DNA of 64,000 nucleotides from an uncultured Planctomycetaceae bacterium (GTDB lineage Bacteria; Planctomycetota; Planctomycetia; Isosphaerales; Isosphaeraceae), in contig CAWIAD010000002.1 in assembly GCA_963833985.1 (NCBI GenBank), positions 5,472,001 through 5,536,000 on the forward strand. The letters run 5' to 3'. The position numbers and the translations under genes are program-made. Of this stretch, positions 55,834 through 64,000 are shown piece by piece (within the stretch, counting starts at the first letter, position 1; every line of letters begins with the position of its first letter). The notes beneath the pieces were generated by a model. That model searched no databases. It saw only the letters and a program-made list of their open reading frames with translations, and had not been told where the DNA came from.

Positions 55834-56982
55834 TCAGTAAGAGTCCGCACTGACCACTTCGCCATAGTTCGGCGTGGCGACGGCATACCAGGCCTGGTAG
55901 CTCACCGAGCTCTTGATGAACCGGACCGAGCCGTCCATGAACAGCACGTTCACGCCGCCCGGATGGTTCGAGCTGGCGGCAACCGCCGTGAGGGTCGCGC
56001 GGCTATCCTGACCGACGTCACTATAGACGCACGAAGTGCGGTTCGGGGTCTCGGTGTGCGAGTAGATCGAGGTGCCGCCGTAGCCCCACCATTCACCCTT
56101 CCAGCCCCAGTTGTAGTTTGCCGAGAGGATGGGCGTCTGGTCGCAGACCTGCTTGATCTGAAGGTCCGTCGGGTAGCCGTTGGAGGCCGTTGACGGGACG
56201 AAGTTGTAACAGATCGGCAGGCCCTGCTTGGGCGGCGGGCTGCCGGTCGCGGTCCCCTGGACCCACTCGCTGAAGATGGCCGTGTTGCTGGTGCCGTCCT
56301 GGAACGTGGTCAGGCTGGTGGTTCCGTTGACGGCGTTATCCCAGCTGCTGGCCACGTAGTTGGGGCCGTTCAGCTTCCAGCTTGAATCGGTCGGGGTCAT
56401 GCCCAGCGTGTTGCCGGTGATCCGCCGGTTCAGCCCGATGTTCGCGGGGTAGCTGAGGCTGCCCACGAACCGGTTGATGCCGCCGACGGAGAACTGCCCG
56501 GACGAGCCGCGGTTGCTGTCCGAGGGGCAGAGGAACGAACTGATCTGTGAGACCAGCACGGTTCCCTGCGGAATGCTGTCGTTGCCGCCCGAGGCGTTGT
56601 CGGGCGGATTGCTGTCGGTGTACACGGCGTCGCCATCGCTCCAGCGGGCACCGAAGTACCAGTTGATGCTGTTGTAGAGCGTGGTCTGCTCCATGAACGG
56701 CAAGAGCCGTGCATGCTGCGACCAGTTCTGGTGCGGCTGCTGGAGCGCGGTGCCTGCGCTGTTCCACTGCTGGTCCACGGAAACCGGCGGCAAGGCGTCG
56801 TTGGCGCTCACATAGTTGTGCATCGCCAGACCGATCTGCTTGAGGTTGTTGGTGCACTGCGCGCGCCGGGCTGCTTCACGCGCGGACTGAACAGCCGGCA
56901 GAAGTAGCGAAATAAGAACGGCGATGATAGCAATCACCACGAGCAGCTCGATCAGGGTAAAACCGCGAACTCTTCGACTCAT
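55834..56982 (-). CDS. DUF1559 family prepilin-type N-terminal cleavage/methylation protein with H-X9-DG motif
   Basis: [72 protein letters not shown]. Confidence 0.96.
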   Translation of the reverse strand: MSRRVRGFTLIELLVVIAIIAVLISLLLPAVQSAREAARRAQCTNNLKQIGLAMHNYVSANDALPPVSVDQQWNSAGTALQQPHQNWSQHARLLPFMEQTTLYNSINWYFGARWSDGDAVYTDSNPPDNASGGNDSIPQGTVLVSQISSFLCPSDSNRGSSGQFSVGGINRFVGSLSYPANIGLNRRITGNTLGMTPTDSSWKLNGPNYVASSWDNAVNGTTSLTTFQDGTSNTAIFSEWVQGTATGSPPPKQGLPICYNFVPSTASNGYPTDLQIKQVCDQTPILSANYNWGWKGEWWGYGGTSIYSHTETPNRTSCVYSDVGQDSRATLTAVAASSNHPGGVNVLFMDGSVRFIKSSVSYQAWYAVATPNYGEVVSADSY

Positions 56983-57078
56983 GTCCAAGGCCCTCAAGAA
57001 TTGGATGAGACAAGACCAGAAAGCCCAGAGCGACCCACAGACTTCTCCGGACAACATTCAACGAACAAATACGGCGTG

Positions 57079-57110
57079 GTGCCAGATCTCTGGGCTGGCA
57101 GATCTGGCAC
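57079..57110. other. Perfect 11-bp inverted repeat (hairpin) between lipoprotein and DUF1559 genes
   Basis: GTGCCAGATCT-10 nt-AGATCTGGCAC. Confidence 0.6.
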
Positions 57111-57264
57111 CCGACCGTCACGGAGAAAGTGACTCAAATAGCATTTCGTAAACCAGGGCGCAAAGGCGAAGCGCGATGAGCATTTCGTCATCCAGAGCGC
57201 GAAGGCGAAGCACGATCATCCAGCGAACGTGCCAGAGCCCGTGCCGCCTGGGAGGATCCCGTCA

Positions 57265-57531
57265 TCACTTCTTCGCAGGAGCAGGAGGCGTCGTCCCCAC
57301 CTTGCCCTTGGGGGCTCCACCAGAGCCGGCACCCGCCATTCCCGGATTCCGCTTCGCGTACTCTTCCATCGAGTTGATCGGAGGGGTGCGCTGTTCCGGC
57401 GGAATGTCGGATTCCTTCGACTTGGCGATCATCTCGTTGCTAGCCGCCTCGTTGTCTTCCGCGCAACCGGTCAAGCCCAGGCAGCAGAAGCTCAGCAGGG
57501 CCACGCTCAACCCACAGGTGAACAATCTCAT
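57265..57531 (-). CDS. Small predicted lipoprotein upstream of DUF1559
   Basis: Signal peptide with lipobox LTGC; GAGGAG upstream; short acidic/Pro-rich body. Confidence 0.75.
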   Translation of the reverse strand: MRLFTCGLSVALLSFCCLGLTGCAEDNEAASNEMIAKSKESDIPPEQRTPPINSMEEYAKRNPGMAGAGSGGAPKGKVGTTPPAPAKK

Positions 57532-58284
57532 GATGAGTCTGACGCTCCTCACAAAAGTACGACGGATGAAATTGATGCACGAGGTTCAATGACGCTTTCG
57601 CTGGACCGTTGCACGCGCAGCGCCCGCTCTTGGTCAGGAAACAGCCACAGCCCGCGAGTTCCCAGCTGCCATGCCGAAACAAACATCCGCGTGATATCTT
57701 CGCTAATGCTCGGCCAGATGGCCCAGAACGCACGCACGACCTTGTTGAACGTTCAACCGGTGACATTCCGGTCGATCGCTACAAATCACGAACCGAATGA
57801 TCGAATGCACGATGCAAGCGAAAGGTCAGAGGCCAAACCACTTTTGATCTCGTCACTCTAGCGTGGTGCGGCCATTCTGCCAAGAATCCACCCGGTTTAT
57901 CGTGAAATTTCATACCCGAGTCAACAAAAAAACCATGAATTTGGGATGTTCGGGGTCCCGAATCGTTTTTGATCGTCCAGTCCTGCCTGATCACTCAGGC
58001 GTTTTGACCCTGGCAAATGGCTGCAAAATCAAGGCCGGAGCCCGAAAATGCTCGGCCTACACGATCTGACCACTCGCGTCGCTCTCGAGGTCCGAAACCG
58101 CCGGAACCGGCCGGTGGTCAATCCTGACCACGTCCGGATGGCATGGGCACGGTGCACTTTCACCGGGACGGGACGGCTCGCGGCTGTGCCAGGAATTCTA
58201 CCTGGCTTACAAATGCCAGCTCGAATGCACGCTTGCCCGGGTGGACCAGCAGCATGGCCTCGGCACCGACGTTTTTTCCCGCTG

Positions 58285-58646
58285 GCCGGTAGCCAGCAGA
58301 TTGCGGCCAGCCATAACGGGCAGTGACGGTCACGAGCCGTCAGGGTCACCAGCAGTGTCGTCGCACTCAGGGGTGCGGCCAGATGAATGGCGCCGGTAAT
58401 TACTCCCAGTGCGAACGTGGCTGCCAGGCTAAGCTGAAAGAGCCAGTGCAGGTCGATCCAGGGCCGATCGGCAGACGTGAAAGTGAACGGGTCGTGCGAT
58501 GGGACTCTTCCCTGGGTCCAGATTCACTGGCCCGATTTCAGGTGCCACCAGATGCCGGAGTCGTATAATTCCTGGCAGCCCAGCGCACAGGCGCACGCGA
58601 CCAACAGGAACAGCAGAACACGATTACCAATCGGGCGTTGCAGCAT
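58285..58646 (-). pseudogene. Truncated, nonsense-interrupted fragment of a GT-C-like membrane protein
   Basis: MLQRP...LYDSGIWWHLKSGQ*IWTQGRVPSHDPFTFTSADRPWIDLHWLFQL; in-frame TGA at 58526-58524. Confidence 0.7.
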
Positions 58647-58721
58647 TCGACATGGATGTCAAGGACCTGCAATATTGATTGCCCGTGACTTTATTGGAAC
58701 TTTGCTCGATGAGCGGATCAA

Positions 58722-60533
58722 GTGAAAGATTCGTGGCTGCCGGGCCGCGGACGGGGCTGTCCCATCGTGAAGCCTGAGCGATGGGACACGAAGTGCTGGG
58801 GTGCCGGGAGATTCGCGCTCTGCCTGGGATCGCTTTTACTCCTTGCCGCGGGCTGTCCGCGTCGCACCGACAAGCCAGCGGCTTTACCACTTCCAGCAGG
58901 GTCAGGGTCTACAACCGGTTCAGAACACACGCCAGGAAAGAAGCCTCAGAGCCAGCCCGTGGCGCCCGTGCTCCAGTTCCGCACCCAGGAACTTCCTTTT
59001 CGCTATGAGCGCGGCGAGACGGGAAAGGCCTGGCCGAGCGAGACGACAGGGGGTGGCGTTGCGCTCATCGACTATGACGACGACGGCCGCCTGGACCTCT
59101 TCTTTGCCCAGGGAGGTCCACTCATCGCCGGTAAAGACCACCCGCCGCTTGCGGATGTCTTGCTCCGCAACCTGGGCAACGGCCAGTTTGAAGAGGTTTC
59201 CCGCCAGGTTGGATTTGTCCCCCGAGGCTACGGCCAAGGCGTGACGGCAGCCGACTACGACGGTGACGGCGACGTTGACGTCTACGTCACGCGCTACGGC
59301 CGCAACACGCTCTGGCGTAACGACCGCGGCCATTTCACCGACGTGACCGACCAGGCCGGCGTGGGATGCCCACTCTGGAGCCTGGGGGCCGCGTTCCTGG
59401 ATTATGATCGCGATGGCGACCTGGACCTCTTCGTGGCCAACTATTTTGCTTTCGACCCGAAGGATGCACCGTTTGGCCGCGACCCACAGACCGGCGCTGT
59501 GCGCTATGGAATGCCCGCCGAGTTTGACGGGCTGCCGGATGTGCTTTACCGCAACAACGCAGACGGCACGTTCACGGACGTGACTGAACGGGCGGGCGTG
59601 GGCGGCAAGGGTCGGGGCATGGGCTGCCTGGCCGCGGACTTTGACGGCGATGGCTGGTCCGACATCCTCGTCGCGAACGATGCCGAGCCTAACGCCCTCT
59701 GGCACAACCAGCACGATGGCACATTTCGAAACGTGGCCGCAGACTGGGGCATCGCCGTCAACGCCGAGGGCCAGGTAGAGGCCAACATGGGCATCGCCCA
59801 CGGGGACCACAATCGTGATGGCTTCGCGGACGTGATCATCTCGCACTTCTTCGGCGAGCATGCCACGCTCTGGCGCAAGGAGCGGCTGGCCGACGGCAGT
59901 ACCTTCTTTGAGGATCGCACACAGGAAGCGGGCCTGGCCATGGACACGCAGGCCATGACCGGTTGGGGCGTCGTCCTGGCTGACTTCGACCAGGACGGCT
60001 GGCTCGACCTGATCATGACCAATGGCCACATCCGCCCCGAGCCGTCCCAGACGTATCGTTACGAGAACCCCCCCCTTCTGTGGCGTAACTCAGGCGAGCG
60101 GGGCCGATTCCTCAACGTCTCGGCAAGCGCCGGGCCCTATTTCCGGGCGAACCATCTGGGCCGTGGGCTTGCCGCCGGCGACCTTGACGGCGACGGTGAC
60201 CTGGACGTGGTGATCGTCCACCACCATGCACCAAGCGTGGTTCTGTGGAACGAGACGCAGCCTCAGGGCAACTCCCTGATCCTCGAGCTCCGGGCTCGGG
60301 GAAAGAACCCTGACGCTCTGGGGGCCCGGATCGTCGCCCGGGTTGGCAGCCAGACCCTGGTCCGGTCCATCGACGGCGGAGGCTCCTACATCTCCACGCA
60401 CGACCGGCGCGTGCACCTGGGCCTGGGCTCAGCGGCACAGGTGGACCGCATCGACGTGACCTGGCCGGATGGCCGGGTGGAGACCCGCGAGCATCTTGCG
60501 GCACGAACGGTCATTCGATGGGAGCAAGAGTGA
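58722..60533 (+). CDS. CRTAC1-family lipoprotein (FG-GAP/VCBS repeats + ASPIC/UnbV)
   Basis: Lipobox LAAGC; ETTGGGVALIDYDDDG; many DxDxDG repeats; GRGLAAGDLDGDG; GGGSYIS...HLGLG...VTWPDG; start uncertain. Confidence 0.9.
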   Translation: MKDSWLPGRGRGCPIVKPERWDTKCWGAGRFALCLGSLLLLAAGCPRRTDKPAALPLPAGSGSTTGSEHTPGKKPQSQPVAPVLQFRTQELPFRYERGETGKAWPSETTGGGVALIDYDDDGRLDLFFAQGGPLIAGKDHPPLADVLLRNLGNGQFEEVSRQVGFVPRGYGQGVTAADYDGDGDVDVYVTRYGRNTLWRNDRGHFTDVTDQAGVGCPLWSLGAAFLDYDRDGDLDLFVANYFAFDPKDAPFGRDPQTGAVRYGMPAEFDGLPDVLYRNNADGTFTDVTERAGVGGKGRGMGCLAADFDGDGWSDILVANDAEPNALWHNQHDGTFRNVAADWGIAVNAEGQVEANMGIAHGDHNRDGFADVIISHFFGEHATLWRKERLADGSTFFEDRTQEAGLAMDTQAMTGWGVVLADFDQDGWLDLIMTNGHIRPEPSQTYRYENPPLLWRNSGERGRFLNVSASAGPYFRANHLGRGLAAGDLDGDGDLDVVIVHHHAPSVVLWNETQPQGNSLILELRARGKNPDALGARIVARVGSQTLVRSIDGGGSYISTHDRRVHLGLGSAAQVDRIDVTWPDGRVETREHLAARTVIRWEQE

Positions 60534-60840
60534 GCCCTGGACGCTGCTCGCTTTGCCTGCCCGATCCCCGTCCGGCCTGCCGATTGTTACCAGCAACCAG
60601 CATCAGGTTCCGGACGTATACGACCAGTCCCAGAGCCTGACCTGTGATGATCACCGGGTCGCGCCGCCCGATTGCGTAAATGAGCAAGGCGCTTCCACCC
60701 AGCAAACTCAGCCACCAGAAAGCCACGGGGACCACGGAGTCGCGCCGTTGCTCGGAAACCACCCACTGAATCATGAAGCGTGCGGTGAACAACGCCTGAC
60801 CCAGAAACCCGACGAGCAGCCAGAAGCCCTGCGCGCTCAT
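60511..60840 (-). CDS. Lipid-A-disaccharide synthase N-terminal (LAB_N) domain protein
   Basis: GFLGQALFTARFMIQW..SE...SVVPVAFWWLS..G...Y...RDPV...Q...Y.RNL. Confidence 0.9.
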   Translation of the reverse strand: MSAQGFWLLVGFLGQALFTARFMIQWVVSEQRRDSVVPVAFWWLSLLGGSALLIYAIGRRDPVIITGQALGLVVYVRNLMLVAGNNRQAGRGSGRQSEQRPGLTLAPIE

Positions 60841-61821
60841 GGTTGAGCAAGCCTCCCCTTGGCCCATGTATTGAACCGAGACTGCGTTCGGAAAAGTGCC
60901 ATCTCGGGCTCATCAGCAACCGCTGGCGGCACGGCTCCGTTACCCACGACCTGGTACCCGATGGGACGGTGTAGTAGCCACAGAACGCCGAGCAGATCCA
61001 CGATCACGCGGAGGGATCGATTCCACAGTGTGTAGTGAGAACGCCCCTGTCTGCGTGGCCTGTGGCTGACCGGAACCTGGATGATGCGGCAGTGCTCGCG
61101 CAGCAAGAGCGGCCCCAGAAACCGGTGCACGCCGTGAAAGCACGGAAGCTGGAGCGCCAGTTCACGAGGAAAGATTCGCACCGAGCAGCCCGTGTCGCGG
61201 ATGGACTGGCCAAGCACGAAGTTGCGCGTCCTGTTGGCGAGCCGGCTGATGACGCGCCGGTGCCATGAGTCTGCGCGCTTGACCCGCCACCCAAGCACAG
61301 CATCATGGCCTGGAAGAGCGTTCCAGAGCGTGACCAGGTCGGCCGGGTCGTTTTGCAGATCGCCATCCAACGTGCCAATCCACTCACCCTGTGCGTTGCG
61401 AAAGCCTGCAAAGGTTGCCGCGGATTGCCCCGACGGGAGTGCCAGCCGGAGTGGGCGGAGCTCCCTGGTAGCGCTCTGCCAGGTCACGGAGGACCTCGGG
61501 GGTAGCATCCTCGGACCCGTCATCCACCACGATGATCTCGAACCCAGATAACCGGCGGAGCGGCGGCGCCGTTGATTCCGTGCAGACAGGGCGGAGTGCC
61601 CGCACGATCTCTGAAACCAGGGAAGGCAAGTTGAACGCCTCGTTCCGGGCCGGAATGATGACCGAGAGGAAGTCACTTTGACTCTGGCTCGGCCCGGGTC
61701 CCATTGCCGAGGATCGCCAGCCGGGCCACTGATCAGCAACCGCTGGCGCGTGGCGTGCCCTGATATGGGCACCTTCCATCACTTCCGTTCGCTGAGCGCG
61801 ATCAAACCGACGATATGACAT
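60837..61821 (-). CDS. GT2 polyprenol-phosphate glycosyltransferase (DPM/ArnC-like; frameshift ~61465)
   Basis: LSVIIPARNE, VVDDGSED, GQSAA, DGDLQNDPAD, DTGC, HRFL; GGAGG before ATG. Confidence 0.88.
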
Positions 61822-62051
61822 GACCGGCCTCCACACCCTGCCCGGGAGAATCAGGCAAGTCCGTCTTCAGCCCCGGAAAGATCATCCACGCGGCCCTCCG
61901 TCCGTCAAGGACTCAGGGCTGGAACACTGTCACGGCAGGTTCCGCAATGTGGATGCAGCGCAGGAAGACTGACAGGATGTTGCGAGATGAGCCGGGGATT
62001 CTGCATACTGCCGGCCTTTTGTCCATGCCAACTGCCGGCACTCTATCGCTC

Positions 62052-62891
62052 TTATCGCTTCCCCAGGTATGCCACTAGCCCCATCCCGAAGAGAATGAAT
62101 GCAAAGCCGATGAAGAGCGCGCTCACAATCAGCAGCGCCGGTTCGCGAGCGAAGATCCACCACCCGAAACACCCAATCGCCAGGGCCCCCGGCATCAGGC
62201 AGAGAAGGAGAAATAGCTTCAGCGGATTGTAGGTGACAATCACCTCGATCAGGTACTGCAAGGTGCGCAGTGAGTCGCGGATGATGTGCACCTTCGACCG
62301 GCCAATCCGCCGGTGATACTCGATCGGCATGTACACGACGAACTTGCCCGTCAGCTTGTAAATGAGCGTGAGCGTCGTCGTGAAACTGAAGCCCTGGCAA
62401 AGGTCTGGAAATAAAGGCAAAACCTGTGATTTGCGAAACGTACGCAAGCCTGAATTGATATCCGGGATCCGTGCCCCGGAGGTGAATTCGACCAGGAATT
62501 TGAAGAGCAGCCGCGCTGGTGCTCTGAGCAGCGAGTCATGCTTCCAGATGGCTTCGCGTGTGCCAACCGCCATATCGAAACCTTGCTCGAGCTTCTCGAC
62601 CAGACTGTTGATCTTTTCGACAGGGTAGGTGCCGTCGGCGTCGGTGATGGCAATGATGTCATGTTGTGCGGTGCGGATCCCATCCATCAGGCTACGCCCG
62701 TAGCCGCCATTTGTGGGATGACGGATGACGGTAGCACCCGCGGCTGCGGCCATCTCTGCGGTCTGATCCGTGGATCCATCATCCACCACCACGATCTCGC
62801 ATGTGGGGTTGTGCGTGCGGATTGCCTGAATAACTCGCGCAATGCCGCGCTCCTCGTTGAATGCGGGAATGACGACGGAAAAGGGACTCAT
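62052..62891 (-). CDS. GT2 glycosyltransferase with C-terminal TM hairpin
   Basis: SVVIPAFNEE, VVDDGSTD, NGGYG, DADGTY, DINSGLR, GFSFTTT, RIGRSK. Confidence 0.92.
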   Translation of the reverse strand: MSPFSVVIPAFNEERGIARVIQAIRTHNPTCEIVVVDDGSTDQTAEMAAAAGATVIRHPTNGGYGRSLMDGIRTAQHDIIAITDADGTYPVEKINSLVEKLEQGFDMAVGTREAIWKHDSLLRAPARLLFKFLVEFTSGARIPDINSGLRTFRKSQVLPLFPDLCQGFSFTTTLTLIYKLTGKFVVYMPIEYHRRIGRSKVHIIRDSLRTLQYLIEVIVTYNPLKLFLLLCLMPGALAIGCFGWWIFAREPALLIVSALFIGFAFILFGMGLVAYLGKR

Positions 62892-62913
62892 GGAACGGTG
62901 CCCGCTGAAGAGG

Positions 62914-64000
62914 TTAGCGCTGTGCCGGTGCGGGGACCTCTCCTGAACGCACGACTTCGGCTGGCTTCAAGGGACGGCTTGTAAGGATAGCATGCGCCAG
63001 GCGAAGTCGTTCCGGTGAACAACTGGGTGGCGGCTCGAGCAATCGAGGGTCGGCTGTCAGCAACGCGAGTGTGACCCGGGTTGAGGGATCCTTCAGAGCA
63101 TGTCTGTAGGCATCCACGGCAAACCGTCGCGCATCGGGGTTTGCATCCTGCGTACTCAGCCACCAGCCGCCTCGCTCATGCCAGGCTGCCTGGCTTTCAG
63201 GGTCCCGACGGGTGGCTTCATCGAGCAACCGGCCGGCCAGCTCGTGCATCTGGGGCAGGTTGCGGATCAGGCGAGCCTGGGCCACGGTCGTCGCTGGCTC
63301 CTTCACCATGGCAGCCCAGTGGCGGGCCACCGCGGCTTTCCAGAGCTCATGCACTGGCCCGGGTTCGCGGATCGCCTCCGACACTTCTGTACGCATACGC
63401 ACCGCACGTGCATCGTCAACAACGTTGATGGCAGCATCGAGATCATCGGCCTGAACATGGGCAACGAAGAGTGCAAGCTGAAAATAACCCCAACGGTCGG
63501 GATCAGGGTCGATGCCCGGCGCCACGAGAGAACGGCCACCGGCAGGGCGACGAAGACAACCCGCCAGGCAACCTGTTTCCAGTGGCCAGCAACCACCTGC
63601 CGTGCCAGCTCTACCACCCCGGCTGCGGCAAGCAGGGCAAAGCCTGGCGCCCATGGAACGCGATAGCGGCCCAGCACCAGGAAGAGCGCCGTGGAGCCGA
63701 TGCCGATCAGCGTGGATAGGACCAGAAACCACCAGAACGGCGTGCGCTGACGACGCGTTAGCCCCAGAGCGGACCAGGGTGCAAGCCAGCCAAAACTGAG
63801 GAAGGACAGTTGCAAGTGGGGAGCAGCCACCAGGCGGACCCAATCCAGGCTCTGGCTGTCCGGGACTTCCAGGTCATTCAGCAGCAATCCCAGCTTGAAC
63901 ACCAAGAACCGTAGCGACGAAAAAGGCGCGGTGCGCCATTGCTTTAACCCCTCGCTCATCCAGAAGGCAGAGACCTCACCGCGCGTGAGTGGCCGACCGG
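62914..64000 (-). CDS. 3' part of an ArnT/PMT-like (GT-C) membrane glycosyltransferase with helical/TPR-like tail (frameshift ~63510)
   Basis: EVSAFW, KLGLLLNDLEVPD, RYRVP motif, many TMs; runs off the right edge. Confidence 0.7.

Noticed and set aside
58023..58037. Sigma-54-like CGGCCT-N5-TTGC facing the lipoprotein-DUF1559 genes
   Set aside because: Weak -24 match and about 490 bp from the start; could be chance
58524..58526. TGA recoded as Trp or Sec
   Set aside because: TGA ends many normal genes here, and the fragment is truncated anyway

Overview
High-GC bacterial chromosomal window. Gene content (DUF1559 prepilin-like protein, PVC-type heme-binding protein, CRTAC1/ASPIC-UnbV proteins, three Hanks-type kinases, two ECF sigma factors) points to a planctomycete, probably Isosphaeraceae-like; this is inference from gene content only. 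About 47 genes or gene fragments are visible, including ftsY, hemC, comF, rlmN, a PPK2-family kinase and trpC. About 20 single-base frameshifts split otherwise intact genes, including essential ftsY, so they are most likely uncorrected long-read errors. I found no rRNA, tRNA, CRISPR array, transposase or integrase. The best candidate systems are: (1) a 45.8-60.5 kb envelope cluster of lipoprotein + DUF1559 + four membrane-anchored TPR proteins + TPR-heptaheme cytochrome c + two CRTAC1/ASPIC-UnbV proteins, next to a glycosylation cassette; and (2) a 1.9-9.4 kb operon linking a membrane-anchored PspA-like coiled coil, an FHA protein, a membrane Ser/Thr kinase, an ECF sigma factor with a serine-substituted region 2.2 and a soluble Zn-finger anti-sigma-like protein. 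Also notable: a bacterial Bcs1-like AAA ATPase, an LRR-lipase-HerA trio, pbfA next to a phnW stub, and a pseudogene whose 5' part is missing from the ORF track. Family calls come from motif recognition, not database searches; start and frameshift positions were read by eye.
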